Source of the DNA: an uncultured Prevotella sp.
GTDB taxonomy: Bacteria; Bacteroidota; Bacteroidia; Bacteroidales; Bacteroidaceae
Length of the DNA: 64,000 bases
NCBI GenBank assembly: GCA_938028745.1
Contig: CALIZL010000019.1
Location: 47,193-111,192, forward strand
Direction of reading: 5' to 3'
The notes under the pieces are model-generated. The model was given only the letters and a program-made list of their open reading frames with translations, did not search any database and had not been told where the DNA came from. A program made the position numbers and the translations under genes. Positions 49,795-59,890 of this stretch are shown piece after piece (position 1 is the first letter of the stretch; the number at the start of each line of letters is the position of its first letter).

Positions 49795-51611
49795 GAATTA
49801 GTGAGTTCATGAGTTAGAGAGTTAGTGAGTTCATGAGTCTATGAGTTTGTGAGTTTGTGAGTTTGTGAGTTCATGAGTTCATGAGTTAGTGAGTTTATGA
49901 GTTGGTGAGTTAGTTAGTTCATGAGTCTATGAGTCTATGAGTTGGTGAGTTCATGAGTTGGTGAGTTCATGAGTTTGTGAGTTCATGAGTTTGTGAGTTT
50001 GTGAGTTCATGAGTTCATGAGTTTGTGAGTTTGTGAGTTTGTGAGTTTGTGAGTTTGTGAGTTCATGAGTTAGTGAGTTAGTGAGTTAGTGAGTTAGTGA
50101 GTTAGTGAGTTAGTGAGTTCATGAGTTAGTGAGTTTATGAGTTCATGAGTTGGTGAGTTAGTGGGTGCATGAGTTCATGAGTTGGTGAGTCCATGAGTTT
50201 GTGAGTTCATGAGTTCATGAGTTAGTGAGTTGATGAATTTATGGGTTTGTGAGTTCATGGGTTTGTGAGTTCATGAGTTTATGAGTTCATGAGTTTATGA
50301 GTTCATGAGTTAGTGAGTTTATGAGTTGATGAATTTATGGGTTTGTGAGTTCATGAGTTAGTGAGTTTATGAGTTTATGAGTTTATGAGTTTATGAGTTG
50401 GTGAGTTGGTGAGTTGATGAGTTGATGAATTTATGGGTTTGTGAGTTCATGAGTTCATGAGTTCATGAGTTGGTGAGTTCATGAGTTAGTGAGTTTATGA
50501 GTTTATGAGTTGGTGAGTTCATGAGTTGGTGAGTTGGTAGTTCATAAGTTCATGAGTCTATAAGTTAAAAAACACCACAAACTTTACAAAACGCGCACTA
50601 TTGGCCAACCCCTTCTAGCGAAAATAATGGCCAGAATGTGGGCTTTTAGCAAGAAATTGCAGCCTTACGCGCCCCTCCTTTTGTCTCCTTTTAAGAAAAT
50701 TGTCTGCATTTAGCACCATTCAGCCTTTCTAGTTTCTTGCCGATTCGTCTTTTTCTCAACCCCAAATTCCTGCTTTTAGCCGCTAAAACCCCACTTTTTT
50801 ATGTATGTTTTGCCCCTTTTGAACCCCTTTGTTAATGGTTCGAAAGGGTTTTGCCTACCTCTTCGATGTGTATTTTTATGCGTTCCGCCTTGCGTTTTGC
50901 AGCATTTCACCTTGCATTTAGCACCAAAACGGCTTGCGTTTTGCACCAAAATAGCCTGCATTTTGTAGCAAAATAGCCTGCGTTTTACACCAAAATGCAG
51001 TGCGTTTTGCAGCATATTGCACTGTTTTTTGCAGCAAATAGCCCAAAAGGTGGTGCAAATTGCAGTTTTATGCAATGCAAATTCATATTTCCTGCATTAA
51101 CAATCATCCCCTTTTAGCATCAAAACCAACTTTCGCGAGAATCGTTATTTTGCGGTCGAGTGGGCGATTGGTGGATTGCAAGGGCACTCACACTGTTAAA
51201 ATTTGCGCCGAAAATATTACAAACTAAATCATTGATAAGTTGACGAGTTGACAAGTTAACGAATTAACGAGATAACAAGATAACAAGATAACGAGATAAT
51301 GAGATAACAAGATAACGAGACAACAAGATAACGAGACAACGAGATAACGAGATAACGAGATAACAAGATAACAAGATAACGAGATAATGAGAGAACAAGA
51401 GAACAAGATAACGAGAGAACGAGAGAACGAGAGAACGAGATAACAAGTTAATAGGCGCAGCCATTTTTTCACCTTTTCACCCTTTCACCTTTAAAAGCCA
51501 TTTTTTCACCTTTTCACCTTTTCACCCTTTCACCTTTTCACCCTTTCACCTTTTCACCCTTTCACCTTTTCACCCTTTCACCTTTAAAAGCCCTTTCACC
51601 TTTAAAAGCCA
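49795..51611. repeat. Composite intergenic repeat element, copy 3, the largest and in inverted orientation. Order: ~97-unit (GAGTTNNT)n array 49795-50565; core B and core A inverted, with the 22-mer array between them, 50566-51230; (GATAACGA/GTTGACGA-like 8-mer)n 51231-51455; (CCTTTTCAC)n 51466-51611. The last array abuts the stop codon of the lipoprotein gene at 51612.
   Basis: The cores are about 85-90% identical to the reverse complement of copies 1 and 2. The tandem arrays are read directly from the sequence. Confidence 0.9.
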
Positions 51612-52454
51612 TCATTCGTTGGAAAAATCACCCCAATTCAGCTTGTCAATGTCGGCTATTTCAGACAGTTTGATAAGCTTTTTACGCCTTATTTTGCTCT
51701 TAGTCACCTTAAAACGTTCCTCCTTTTCATCATCGTCTGCGTTAAGATTCTCTTCGTACACCCTTGTGCGTGTAGAGAAATTGATGTCTAAGTTATAATA
51801 AGTAACACACCTAATGCGGCGATTATGGTAATAACCAATCAACTCAAAATCGTTGTTTTGGTATCTAAATATATAGTTCCAACACCCATATCTACCATGT
51901 GCAAAATAAATGTGTAATGTGTTTTTTATGATATACAACTCAAGTTCGGGTGCATCATAAATGCCTCCGTCCTCGTTTTCGGAAGAAAAACAAGTGTCGT
52001 TCCTTAATATCTGCTCGTAACCATTCTTACGTTTAAAGAGGATGATCAGTCCGCGGCGATTGCGATCGAGCCGACCGCGGTTTTCATCATCCACCCATTT
52101 GCTCTCCTCGGTTCCCTTTATCATCAGCACCACGTCGGGCTTACCGTCTTTATTAAGGTCGCCCTTGTATTGTTGAAAAAGCGTATATCCGTTGGGAACA
52201 AACTCCTTAGGATCTGTTTTCAACTCCATTTTGGGTGCTGTGGCAAGCCTCACGCTGTTTTGCACGAGGCCTTGTTTGGACGTTGTAACCTTTAAACTTT
52301 CTTTTCTCGTTCCTCGAAAAGTGTGTTTTCTCGCCATGACAATGTTCGAGCAAACTCGACATTGTTCATTGGGCTTACGAAAACTTTCGTTTTTCGCTTG
52401 CTTGCAGCCCATTGTAAAGACCACAACTAGCAATAAATGATATTTCCTTAACAT
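51612..52454 (-). CDS. Lipoprotein, paralogue 1 of a tandem three-gene family of unknown function
   Basis: It has a lipobox (VVFTMGCKQAKNES). The conserved core is GDLNKDGKPDVVLMIKGTEESKWVD..RGRLDRNRRGLIILFK...FSSENEDGG.Y.APEL...HGRYG.W.YIFRYQNNDFELIGY, with a charged C-terminal tail. Confidence 0.7.
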   Translation of the reverse strand: MLRKYHLLLVVVFTMGCKQAKNESFRKPNEQCRVCSNIVMARKHTFRGTRKESLKVTTSKQGLVQNSVRLATAPKMELKTDPKEFVPNGYTLFQQYKGDLNKDGKPDVVLMIKGTEESKWVDDENRGRLDRNRRGLIILFKRKNGYEQILRNDTCFSSENEDGGIYDAPELELYIIKNTLHIYFAHGRYGCWNYIFRYQNNDFELIGYYHNRRIRCVTYYNLDINFSTRTRVYEENLNADDDEKEERFKVTKSKIRRKKLIKLSEIADIDKLNWGDFSNE

Positions 52455-52466
52455 AACAATAGAGCG

Positions 52467-53222
52467 TCAATCATCCTTTGGCAAATCCAAATCAAGTTCG
52501 TCGAAGTCGGTTATCTCCGATAATTTGATGAGGTTTTTCCGCTTAAACTTGATAGTTTTCACCTTAAATTTCTCTTCCGCCTCATCATCATCTGCGTTAA
52601 TATTCTCTTTATATACACAGGTGCGTGTAGAGAAATTAACATCCGTGATATAAAGAACAACTGGCCCGCGATCGTAACTACCAAAATAACCAATGAGTTC
52701 GAAATCGTTATTTTGGTATCTAAAAATGTATTTCCAATAGCCATAACGCCCATGGGCATAATGCAATATCAGGGTGTTATTCTTGATATAGAAGTCTAAT
52801 TCGGGTGCGTAATACACACCTCCATCCTCGTTTTCGGAAGAAAAACACTCGTCGTTCTCGGCTATCAACTCGTATCCGCCATCGCGTTTAAAAAGGATGA
52901 TAAGTCCACGGCGATTGCGATCGAGCCGACCACGGTATTCATGGTCCACCCATTTGCTTTCCTCGGTCCCCTTTATCATCAGCACCACGTCAGGTTTGCC
53001 ATCCTTATTAAGATCGCCTTCGCATCCTGAAAACAAGACATACCCATCGGGAATAAATTCCTCGGGATCTGCTTTCAGCTCCATTTGAGCCACAGCCACG
53101 GGTTTCACACTTGCTTGCACGGTGTCTTTTGTCGGCACCGTGTCCTTTCCGCTTTCGTTTTTCGCTTGCTTGCAGCCCGTTATCAGGGCAACGGCAAACA
53201 ACAAATAAAAAATCCTTAACAT
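52467..53222 (-). CDS. Lipoprotein, paralogue 2 of the tandem three-gene family
   Basis: It has a lipobox (FAVALITGCKQAKNES). Long DNA stretches are near-identical to paralogue 3. Confidence 0.7.
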   Translation of the reverse strand: MLRIFYLLFAVALITGCKQAKNESGKDTVPTKDTVQASVKPVAVAQMELKADPEEFIPDGYVLFSGCEGDLNKDGKPDVVLMIKGTEESKWVDHEYRGRLDRNRRGLIILFKRDGGYELIAENDECFSSENEDGGVYYAPELDFYIKNNTLILHYAHGRYGYWKYIFRYQNNDFELIGYFGSYDRGPVVLYITDVNFSTRTCVYKENINADDDEAEEKFKVKTIKFKRKNLIKLSEITDFDELDLDLPKDD

Positions 53223-53234
53223 CATATACACCTG

Positions 53235-53990
53235 CTATTCATCGTCTGGCAAACCTAAATCAAGTTCGTCGAAGTCGGTTATCTCCGATAATTTGATGAG
53301 GTTTTTCCTTTTAAATTTGATTGTTTTCACCTTAAATTCCTCTTCCGCCTCATCGTCATCTGCGTTAATATTCTCTTTATATACACAAGTACGCGTAGAA
53401 TAGTTGACTTCGAGAATCCTAAGAGTAACAGGCCCTCTACTAGAATAACCATCATAACCTATCAGTTCGAAGTCGTTATTTTGGTATCTAAAGATATAGC
53501 TCCAATACCCATATCGTCCATGCAGGTAGCTTATTATCAGTCTGTTTTTGTTTATCTCCAAACTTAATTCGGGTGCGTAATACACACCTCCATCCTCGTT
53601 TTCGGAAGAAAAACACTCGTCGTTCTCGGCTATCAACTCGTATCCGCCATCGCGTTTAAAAAGGATGATAAGTCCACGGCGATTACGATCGAGTCGACCA
53701 CGGTATTCATCATCCACCCATTTACTTTTATCGGTTCCCTTTATCATCAGCACCACGTCGGGCTTACCGTCCTTATTAAGGTCGCCTTCGTACCGAGAAA
53801 ACAAATCATACCCTTCGGGAATAAATGCCAAAGGGTTGGTTTTCAAGTCTGTTTGAGCCACAGCCGCGGGTTTCACACTTGCTTGCACGGTGTCTTTTGT
53901 TGGCACCGTGTCTTTCCCACTTTCGTTTTTCGCTTGCTTGCAGCCCATCATCAAGGCCACAACAAATAATAGGTAGAACGTTCGTTGCAT
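53235..53990 (-). CDS. Lipoprotein, paralogue 3 of the tandem three-gene family
   Basis: It has a lipobox (FVVALMMGCKQAKNES). The probable start is the internal Met (MQRTFYLLF). The track ORF extends to 54044. Confidence 0.7.
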   Translation of the reverse strand: MQRTFYLLFVVALMMGCKQAKNESGKDTVPTKDTVQASVKPAAVAQTDLKTNPLAFIPEGYDLFSRYEGDLNKDGKPDVVLMIKGTDKSKWVDDEYRGRLDRNRRGLIILFKRDGGYELIAENDECFSSENEDGGVYYAPELSLEINKNRLIISYLHGRYGYWSYIFRYQNNDFELIGYDGYSSRGPVTLRILEVNYSTRTCVYKENINADDDEAEEEFKVKTIKFKRKNLIKLSEITDFDELDLGLPDDE

Positions 53991-54789
53991 AACTGGGGTT
54001 AGGTAATTGGTTGTTTCAAACGCGGTGGAGAGGGTAAAGGCCACTTGTAATTACGCCATGTAGTGACAGAAAATACGGCTCTTAGTGCTATACGTACGAT
54101 GCACTTAACATCTCCCATCCATGCAAAGATAATATATTTCTTTGTTTTTTACGTTTCAAATCCACATTCTTTTTGTCATCAAGGTATAATGATTGTCCGA
54201 TACGCCGTGTATTAATGCTGCTTAGCATGTCTTCATGCGCTTTGCCAACAGCGTATGTTTAAATGTTATTTGTATTACAAATTGTTGCTGTCTCGCTAAA
54301 AGGTTTGAAACAGCAAATGTGGTGTTCAGGTTGCCGACAAATAGAAAAATGGTTTCACCTCCCACCAAAAGCTGACCCCTCTCTGGTCTTCATAAGCGCG
54401 ATATGGCGGACTGCCGATTGGGGTTAAAGGTGCAACAGGGTGAAACGTGAACGCCATACGCGCCTCGTAGTCCTATATCATTACGTCAGTAAAGGCTTAA
54501 AATTGTTCGCATCATTGCGCCCATCCTGTTCAGCCTTATCGCTTGTGCGGGCGCATAGCAGTTGTTCTTATCTCACAAAGTACATATTAACGATTTATTA
54601 AATACGGTAAATACATTTTACAAATCACGTTCTTCGGCCGAACCATTCTAGAAGAAAATAACCGCTAAAAGCCATATAAAATGCGCCCAAACGATAAAAT
54701 TTCGGCATTTTTTGAGTGCTTATCCCCTCCGTTTTTGGCCATTTGCTATGCTTTTGCATTTCTCTTTGAAGAAAAATTCTCCCAAATTT

Positions 54790-55230
54790 GCATCCGCAAC
54801 TACTAGAAAATGGAAGTTAATTGCTAGTTGTTGCAACGCATTTTGCATCAAAACGCATTGCATTTTGCACCAAAACGCACTGCAATATGCACCAAAACGC
54901 AAGGCAAAATGCACCAAAACGCAAGGCAAAATGCAACGAAACGCAAGGTAAAATGCTACAAAATGTAACCAAAACCCACCAGAAACACCATATTATGCGT
55001 TATTTATAGGTATTTTGACCAATTGGAATGAAAAACTGCTTGGTGGCGTTTGGTTGAGCGTTTCATGTCGTTTTGCCTCCCTAATACGTGCTAAAAAGTA
55101 TGTTTTTGTGCCTTATTTCTCGTAAGCACCAATGAGTCAAGTGGTTACAAACTTTAAAAATACGCGCGAAAATCCGCCCAATGCCTGGAAATTTTACGGC
55201 GAGGGCACTCATAATGTTAAATTTTGGTAC
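54790..55230. repeat. Composite repeat element, copy 4 (partial and degenerate). It has AACTAGAA-like units, a 22-mer-like array (GCATTTTGCACCAAAACGCA...) and a core A remnant at 55164-55230.
   Basis: The fragment cgcgcgaaaatccgcccaatgcctggaaattttacggcgagggcactcataatgttaaattttg aligns to core A of copy 3. Confidence 0.6.
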
Positions 55231-55616
55231 AAATGTTTTACAATCTTATGGATGTTATTCAGAGCCATTGCATGACTTTGTTGAGTTTAATCCTTGTGCC
55301 AGTAAAAAAGCACTTACACGGAAGAACTTTTGGGATGAATGATAGTCTGAAAGGGAAACTTACCTTTCGAAAACGAATTCCGCAACGCCTATTGATGAGC
55401 ATTGCGGATAGAGAAACCGAGCCGATTTGAAGTTTAGCGGACAGCAATAATTACAATTAAGCCAAACCTACATCACGTGGCCACCTTCCCAACAGGTCTA
55501 CTACATCATAATCCACTATGTACCACCGCATGGGCACGCGCCCCAATCCTGTAAAATAATATAAAATTAACGCTTTAAATTTGCTTTCACATGCAATATA
55601 ATCGCACAAACAGAGT

Positions 55617-56750
55617 TTGTTACTATATAAAAGACTAACAACTATGATGATGAATGAGGCATTGCCAATAATCATTGCTTTTCTACTAAGCGTGTGTTTT
55701 GGGTTCGTTTTCATCCCTGGAATACTGAATTTCTGCAAGGAGAAGAACATCTACGACATACCTAACCAACGAAAGGTGCACAAAACGTTGGTGCCCCGAC
55801 TGGGCGGTTTGGCGTTCGTTCCTGCCATAACCTTGTCGATAATAGTAGCTGTTGGCGTAATGAGCGTTGGCTTTACCGAACCAAAGATACAAGTAAGCCT
55901 ATGGAGCATGGCATTCTTGGCCAGTTTGTTGCTGGTTTATGCCACAGGCGTTGTAGACGATCTCATTGGGCTTAACGCACACGTGAAGTTTGCTGTGCAA
56001 GTGATTACAGCTTGCGCACTACCCCTTTGTGGTCTTTACGTAAACAACCTTTATGGTTTTATGGGCGTACACGAAGTGCCTTATTGGCTGGGATTTCCCC
56101 TCACTGTATTCATCATCGTGTTTATAGACAACGCCATGAACCTCATTGATGGTATCGACGGGTTGGCCGCAGGCTTGTCTATATTAGCCCTTTTGGGCTT
56201 TCTGTTCGTCTTTGGTAATGCACAACTTATACCATACGCCGTTGTCGTGGCCTCGGCTATCGGCATACTGATACCCTACATGCGCTTTAACATCTGGGGT
56301 AAAGCCGATCAAAACCGCAAGATTTTCATGGGCGATTCGGGTAGCCTAACGCTGGGTTTCATCCTCGGTTTCCTCTTTGTGAAGTCGGCCATGCACAATC
56401 CACCGCTCATGGCAGCATCTCCCGAACGCTTTGTACTGGCTTACAGCCTGCTTGTTGTGCCAGTTTTCGATGTGGTTCGGGTTGTTTTGCATAGGCTCCG
56501 CACCCGTCGGCCCTTGTTCTCTGCCGACAAAAATCACATTCACCATAAGCTAATGCGCTTGGGTATGACCCAGCATCAAGCCCTCATATTTATCCTTGCG
56601 CTTGCCATTGCCTATGTTGCCATGAACCTTTTGCTCTTCCCCCTAGTCTCGATAACGGGCATCGTACTGATAGATGTGGCCACTTTCACCCTCTTTCAGC
56701 TTTTGCTTACTCGCAAGGTAGAACGAAAAGAATTGAAGATTGCAGCATGA
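55617..56750 (+). CDS. WecA/TagO-type UDP-GlcNAc:undecaprenyl-phosphate GlcNAc-1-phosphate transferase (MraY/WecA family)
   Basis: The 377-aa ORF is multi-TM with MraY/WecA motifs (NLIDGIDGLAAG, FMGDSGS). Confidence 0.85.
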   Translation: MLLYKRLTTMMMNEALPIIIAFLLSVCFGFVFIPGILNFCKEKNIYDIPNQRKVHKTLVPRLGGLAFVPAITLSIIVAVGVMSVGFTEPKIQVSLWSMAFLASLLLVYATGVVDDLIGLNAHVKFAVQVITACALPLCGLYVNNLYGFMGVHEVPYWLGFPLTVFIIVFIDNAMNLIDGIDGLAAGLSILALLGFLFVFGNAQLIPYAVVVASAIGILIPYMRFNIWGKADQNRKIFMGDSGSLTLGFILGFLFVKSAMHNPPLMAASPERFVLAYSLLVVPVFDVVRVVLHRLRTRRPLFSADKNHIHHKLMRLGMTQHQALIFILALAIAYVAMNLLLFPLVSITGIVLIDVATFTLFQLLLTRKVERKELKIAA

Positions 56751-57319
56751 AAAGACTGTTCGACCTCATCGTTTCGGCTCTTTGCCTCGTGATATTCTCA
56801 CCGCTTATCTTGCTTTGTGCCATCGCTATAAGACTAGACGATGGCCTACCTGTTATCTATACGCAAGAGCGTATCGGGCGTAAAGGAAAGCCTTTCTTTA
56901 TCTATAAGTTCAGAACAATGCGCATGGATGCCGAAGAAAACGGCCCTATGGTACTGGAAGTAGACGGTGACGACCGACTTACACGTGTGGGTAAGTTTCT
57001 TCGCGAGCACCATCTCGACGAGTTGCCGCAGCTTTGGAACGTGTTTAAGGGCGATATGTCTTTCATTGGACCACGCCCCGAACGCCGTTTTTACATCGAA
57101 CAGATTATGGCAAAAGATGCTCGTTACGAACAACTTTACGCCTTACGCCCAGGTGTAACGTCGTATGCCACGCTATATAACGGTTATGCCGACAGCATCG
57201 AAAAGATGCTTAAACGCCTGGAACTCGACTTATACTACCTGCAAAACCGCTCTTGGTGGATGGACACGCGCATTTTAGCCTGCACGTTCTTTAAGATTGC
57301 GGGCGGTAAGAAATTTTAG
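56747..57319 (+). CDS. Small PglC/WbaP-C-terminal-type phosphoglycosyl ('bacterial sugar') transferase
   Basis: The 190-aa ORF has an N-terminal TM (LIVSALCLVIFSPLILLCAIAI) and motifs KFRTM and DELPQLWNV, FIGPRPERRFYIEQ. It overlaps the WecA stop by 4 bp. Confidence 0.85.
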   Translation: MKRLFDLIVSALCLVIFSPLILLCAIAIRLDDGLPVIYTQERIGRKGKPFFIYKFRTMRMDAEENGPMVLEVDGDDRLTRVGKFLREHHLDELPQLWNVFKGDMSFIGPRPERRFYIEQIMAKDARYEQLYALRPGVTSYATLYNGYADSIEKMLKRLELDLYYLQNRSWWMDTRILACTFFKIAGGKKF

Positions 57320-57536
57320 TTTCCTCTCCTCGGCAGCCCTCCTCGGTTTCATCTGCCAGCCATCCTTTGTTTCGTCCGCCAACTTCCATCGGCTTAGTAG
57401 GCCACAACTTATTCCAAATAAGTAGCATATTAACTAGCAACCAGCACATTCCCCACCCATCTTCTTTGTTACAAAAACATCTCGCGGCAAAACTCCATTT
57501 TATTTTGCCTGCAAATAAGATTGAAAAATCGTAACT

Positions 57537-59729
57537 TTGCAATTACACAACAATCTAACCCCACGTATGCAAAAGTTCATATCCCTAACATTGATAACAC
57601 TTTCATGTCTTTCATCTTATGCTCAGGTGGAACAACAAAGTTCGTTACCCACAAAAGAGGACACAACAGCCATAGACAGTGCGGACTATTGGAGAAAACT
57701 CGACTTAAACGAGGTTATAGTCATTGCCGAAAAAACAGTGATTGACCATAAGCCCGACCGCATAGTTTATTATACTAAGAACGACCCATATGCAAAAGGG
57801 CTAAACGGAGTGGAAGTAATGCGCCGTCTTCCGCGTGTGTCTGTCGTAAACGAGGCAGTAAACGTTGCAGGTAAAGCCAACGTTCGATACATCATTGACG
57901 GGCGATTGCTGGAAACTTCCGAAAGCGAAACCTTGATGAAACTAAAATCCCTGCGTGCAGACAACATCGAACGAATAGAACTTTTCACCCTAGCTCCTGC
58001 CAAATATCCTGCTGCCGACAACGTGTGTTATATCGCCATCAAGACAAAACGCGACGAAACACTTGGGGTAAGCGGCAACGTAGACGCCAACCTCATCGTC
58101 AAAGAAAGCCTCAATAGCTATTTTGGAGGCGGCATTAGGCAAGCAACAAAACGCGTGGACTACTCCATAGACCTTAATTTCAACCGAAACAAGGGTATCA
58201 ACGACATCATTAGAGAGTACACTTTTGCCGACCACACCAAGCTGTCGCAACGTAGAAACGATTTCACCAACAAGCTTTTTAACCTTAACGCCTTGCTGAA
58301 ATACAGGCCAACCGCTACAATTGAAACAGGCCTTATGCTTAACCTTGGCACAGAACGACTGAAAAGCGAATTGCAAGACCTAACCATCGATCGCGGACTT
58401 AGCTATCGTTCGTATGCTCATTCACCATCCAACCCCATTAATGCCACGACTCTAACAGGGTATGCCGATTGGAATTTAGACAACAAAGGCAAACTGTTGA
58501 GCCTAACATACAACTACTTTAACAAGACAACCAAGTCCACCTCGCACATTAGCACCACCGAAGGCGCATCGTCATCGATGATGAACAATTCAGGAAATAA
58601 CAGCTACAAGATACACGCTGTCAAGCTAGACGCTACGCTCCCTTTCAATGCCTTCAACATGGAAATAGGGGCAGCCTATACGTCTATTAGCAACACATCT
58701 GCCATAAGCACAGAAACTCTTACAGGTGGTGTGTGGACTAAGCTACTAGGACAAAACAATAACTTCCGTTATACAGAGAAAACAAACGCCGCTTACGTAA
58801 GCCTTTCGAAAGATCTTAGTCCCAAATGGTATGTTCAAGCTGGTCTTAGATTTGAGCACACCCACCTTACGGGAAGGAATGTAGCCGAGCATAACAAGCA
58901 ATCTTACAACCGTCTTTTCCCCACACTCAACCTAAGTTATAGGGCGGAAATAGGCTATTCCCTATCCGCTGCTTATTCCATGGGGATTAACCGACCACGA
59001 TTTAGCGACCTTAACCCATTTAGATATTACACCACAACTACCGATTATGTATCGGGTAACGCCTATCTGTCGGCAAGTATCACTCACAATGCCGAACTTT
59101 CTTTTAGCCATAAAGGACTGTATGCCGTTGCTTATGCCTACCAGTTGAAAGACGGCGTAGGCTATGTAACACGATTTACCCCAGACAACTCACAATACAC
59201 AACTCCCCAAAACTACATCGACTATCGAAAATATGGTGTATATGCCAGCTATCAAAAGAACTTTACTGCATGGTGGAACGTGAAAGTGGGTGGCGAAATA
59301 TTTTATGCCAAGTCCAAATCTAGCATTGACGACAGTCAACCTTCCAACTCCACGAGTTGGAGTGGAAAACTAGAAGGAACTAGCGACGTCGCTTTCAACA
59401 GTCAACGCACGTTGCTTTTCACCATACAATATCTCCACATGTTTCCCCACGATGAAGATTTAGTCAGGTATAAAGCCCTTAGTTTACTCAACGCAAGCCT
59501 GCGTTGGCAGCTTATTAACGGCCGCCTCCAATTAAACCTCTCTGCAAGTGACCCCTTCTTACAAAACATTACGCGAGCCACAAAACATTACTCCACTTAC
59601 GAGGAATATATGGAAACAAACGCGCATGTACGCAACGTATCGCTCAAAATAACTTACCTATTCGGCGGAAAGAGCGTGAGAGACGTATATAAGGATAACA
59701 AAGAGACTGAGTCTAACAGAAGTTATTAG
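57537..59729 (+). CDS. Outer-membrane β-barrel protein (TonB-dependent-receptor-like)
   Basis: The 730-aa ORF has a signal peptide (the probable start is the Met at 57567, MQKFISLTLITLSCLSSYAQ). A TonB-box-like motif NEVIVIAEK is present. The C-terminus ends in an aromatic residue (SNRSY). Confidence 0.65.
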   Translation: MQLHNNLTPRMQKFISLTLITLSCLSSYAQVEQQSSLPTKEDTTAIDSADYWRKLDLNEVIVIAEKTVIDHKPDRIVYYTKNDPYAKGLNGVEVMRRLPRVSVVNEAVNVAGKANVRYIIDGRLLETSESETLMKLKSLRADNIERIELFTLAPAKYPAADNVCYIAIKTKRDETLGVSGNVDANLIVKESLNSYFGGGIRQATKRVDYSIDLNFNRNKGINDIIREYTFADHTKLSQRRNDFTNKLFNLNALLKYRPTATIETGLMLNLGTERLKSELQDLTIDRGLSYRSYAHSPSNPINATTLTGYADWNLDNKGKLLSLTYNYFNKTTKSTSHISTTEGASSSMMNNSGNNSYKIHAVKLDATLPFNAFNMEIGAAYTSISNTSAISTETLTGGVWTKLLGQNNNFRYTEKTNAAYVSLSKDLSPKWYVQAGLRFEHTHLTGRNVAEHNKQSYNRLFPTLNLSYRAEIGYSLSAAYSMGINRPRFSDLNPFRYYTTTTDYVSGNAYLSASITHNAELSFSHKGLYAVAYAYQLKDGVGYVTRFTPDNSQYTTPQNYIDYRKYGVYASYQKNFTAWWNVKVGGEIFYAKSKSSIDDSQPSNSTSWSGKLEGTSDVAFNSQRTLLFTIQYLHMFPHDEDLVRYKALSLLNASLRWQLINGRLQLNLSASDPFLQNITRATKHYSTYEEYMETNAHVRNVSLKITYLFGGKSVRDVYKDNKETESNRSY

Positions 59730-59890
59730 GCCGTTTTTGGGCGAAACGAAAGAAAGACTTCCTTTACCAGCCTCTCCATTTCTTTTCATTGTCTCTGTTT
59801 CTCAAAACCATTAATCTTCCATCAACTTGCTTTTATTACGTATATTTTTTGTAAGTTTGCATCAATAATAACTAAACCTGTTTTTGCGAT

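Noticed and set aside
51231-51455. Possibility that the (GATAACGA)n array is a cluster of DnaA boxes, hence oriC
   Set aside because: The reverse complement, TCGTTATC, matches only the TTATC half of the TTATCCACA consensus. No dnaA gene or AT-rich DNA-unwinding element is nearby. The same array type occurs in several copies of the repeat element.
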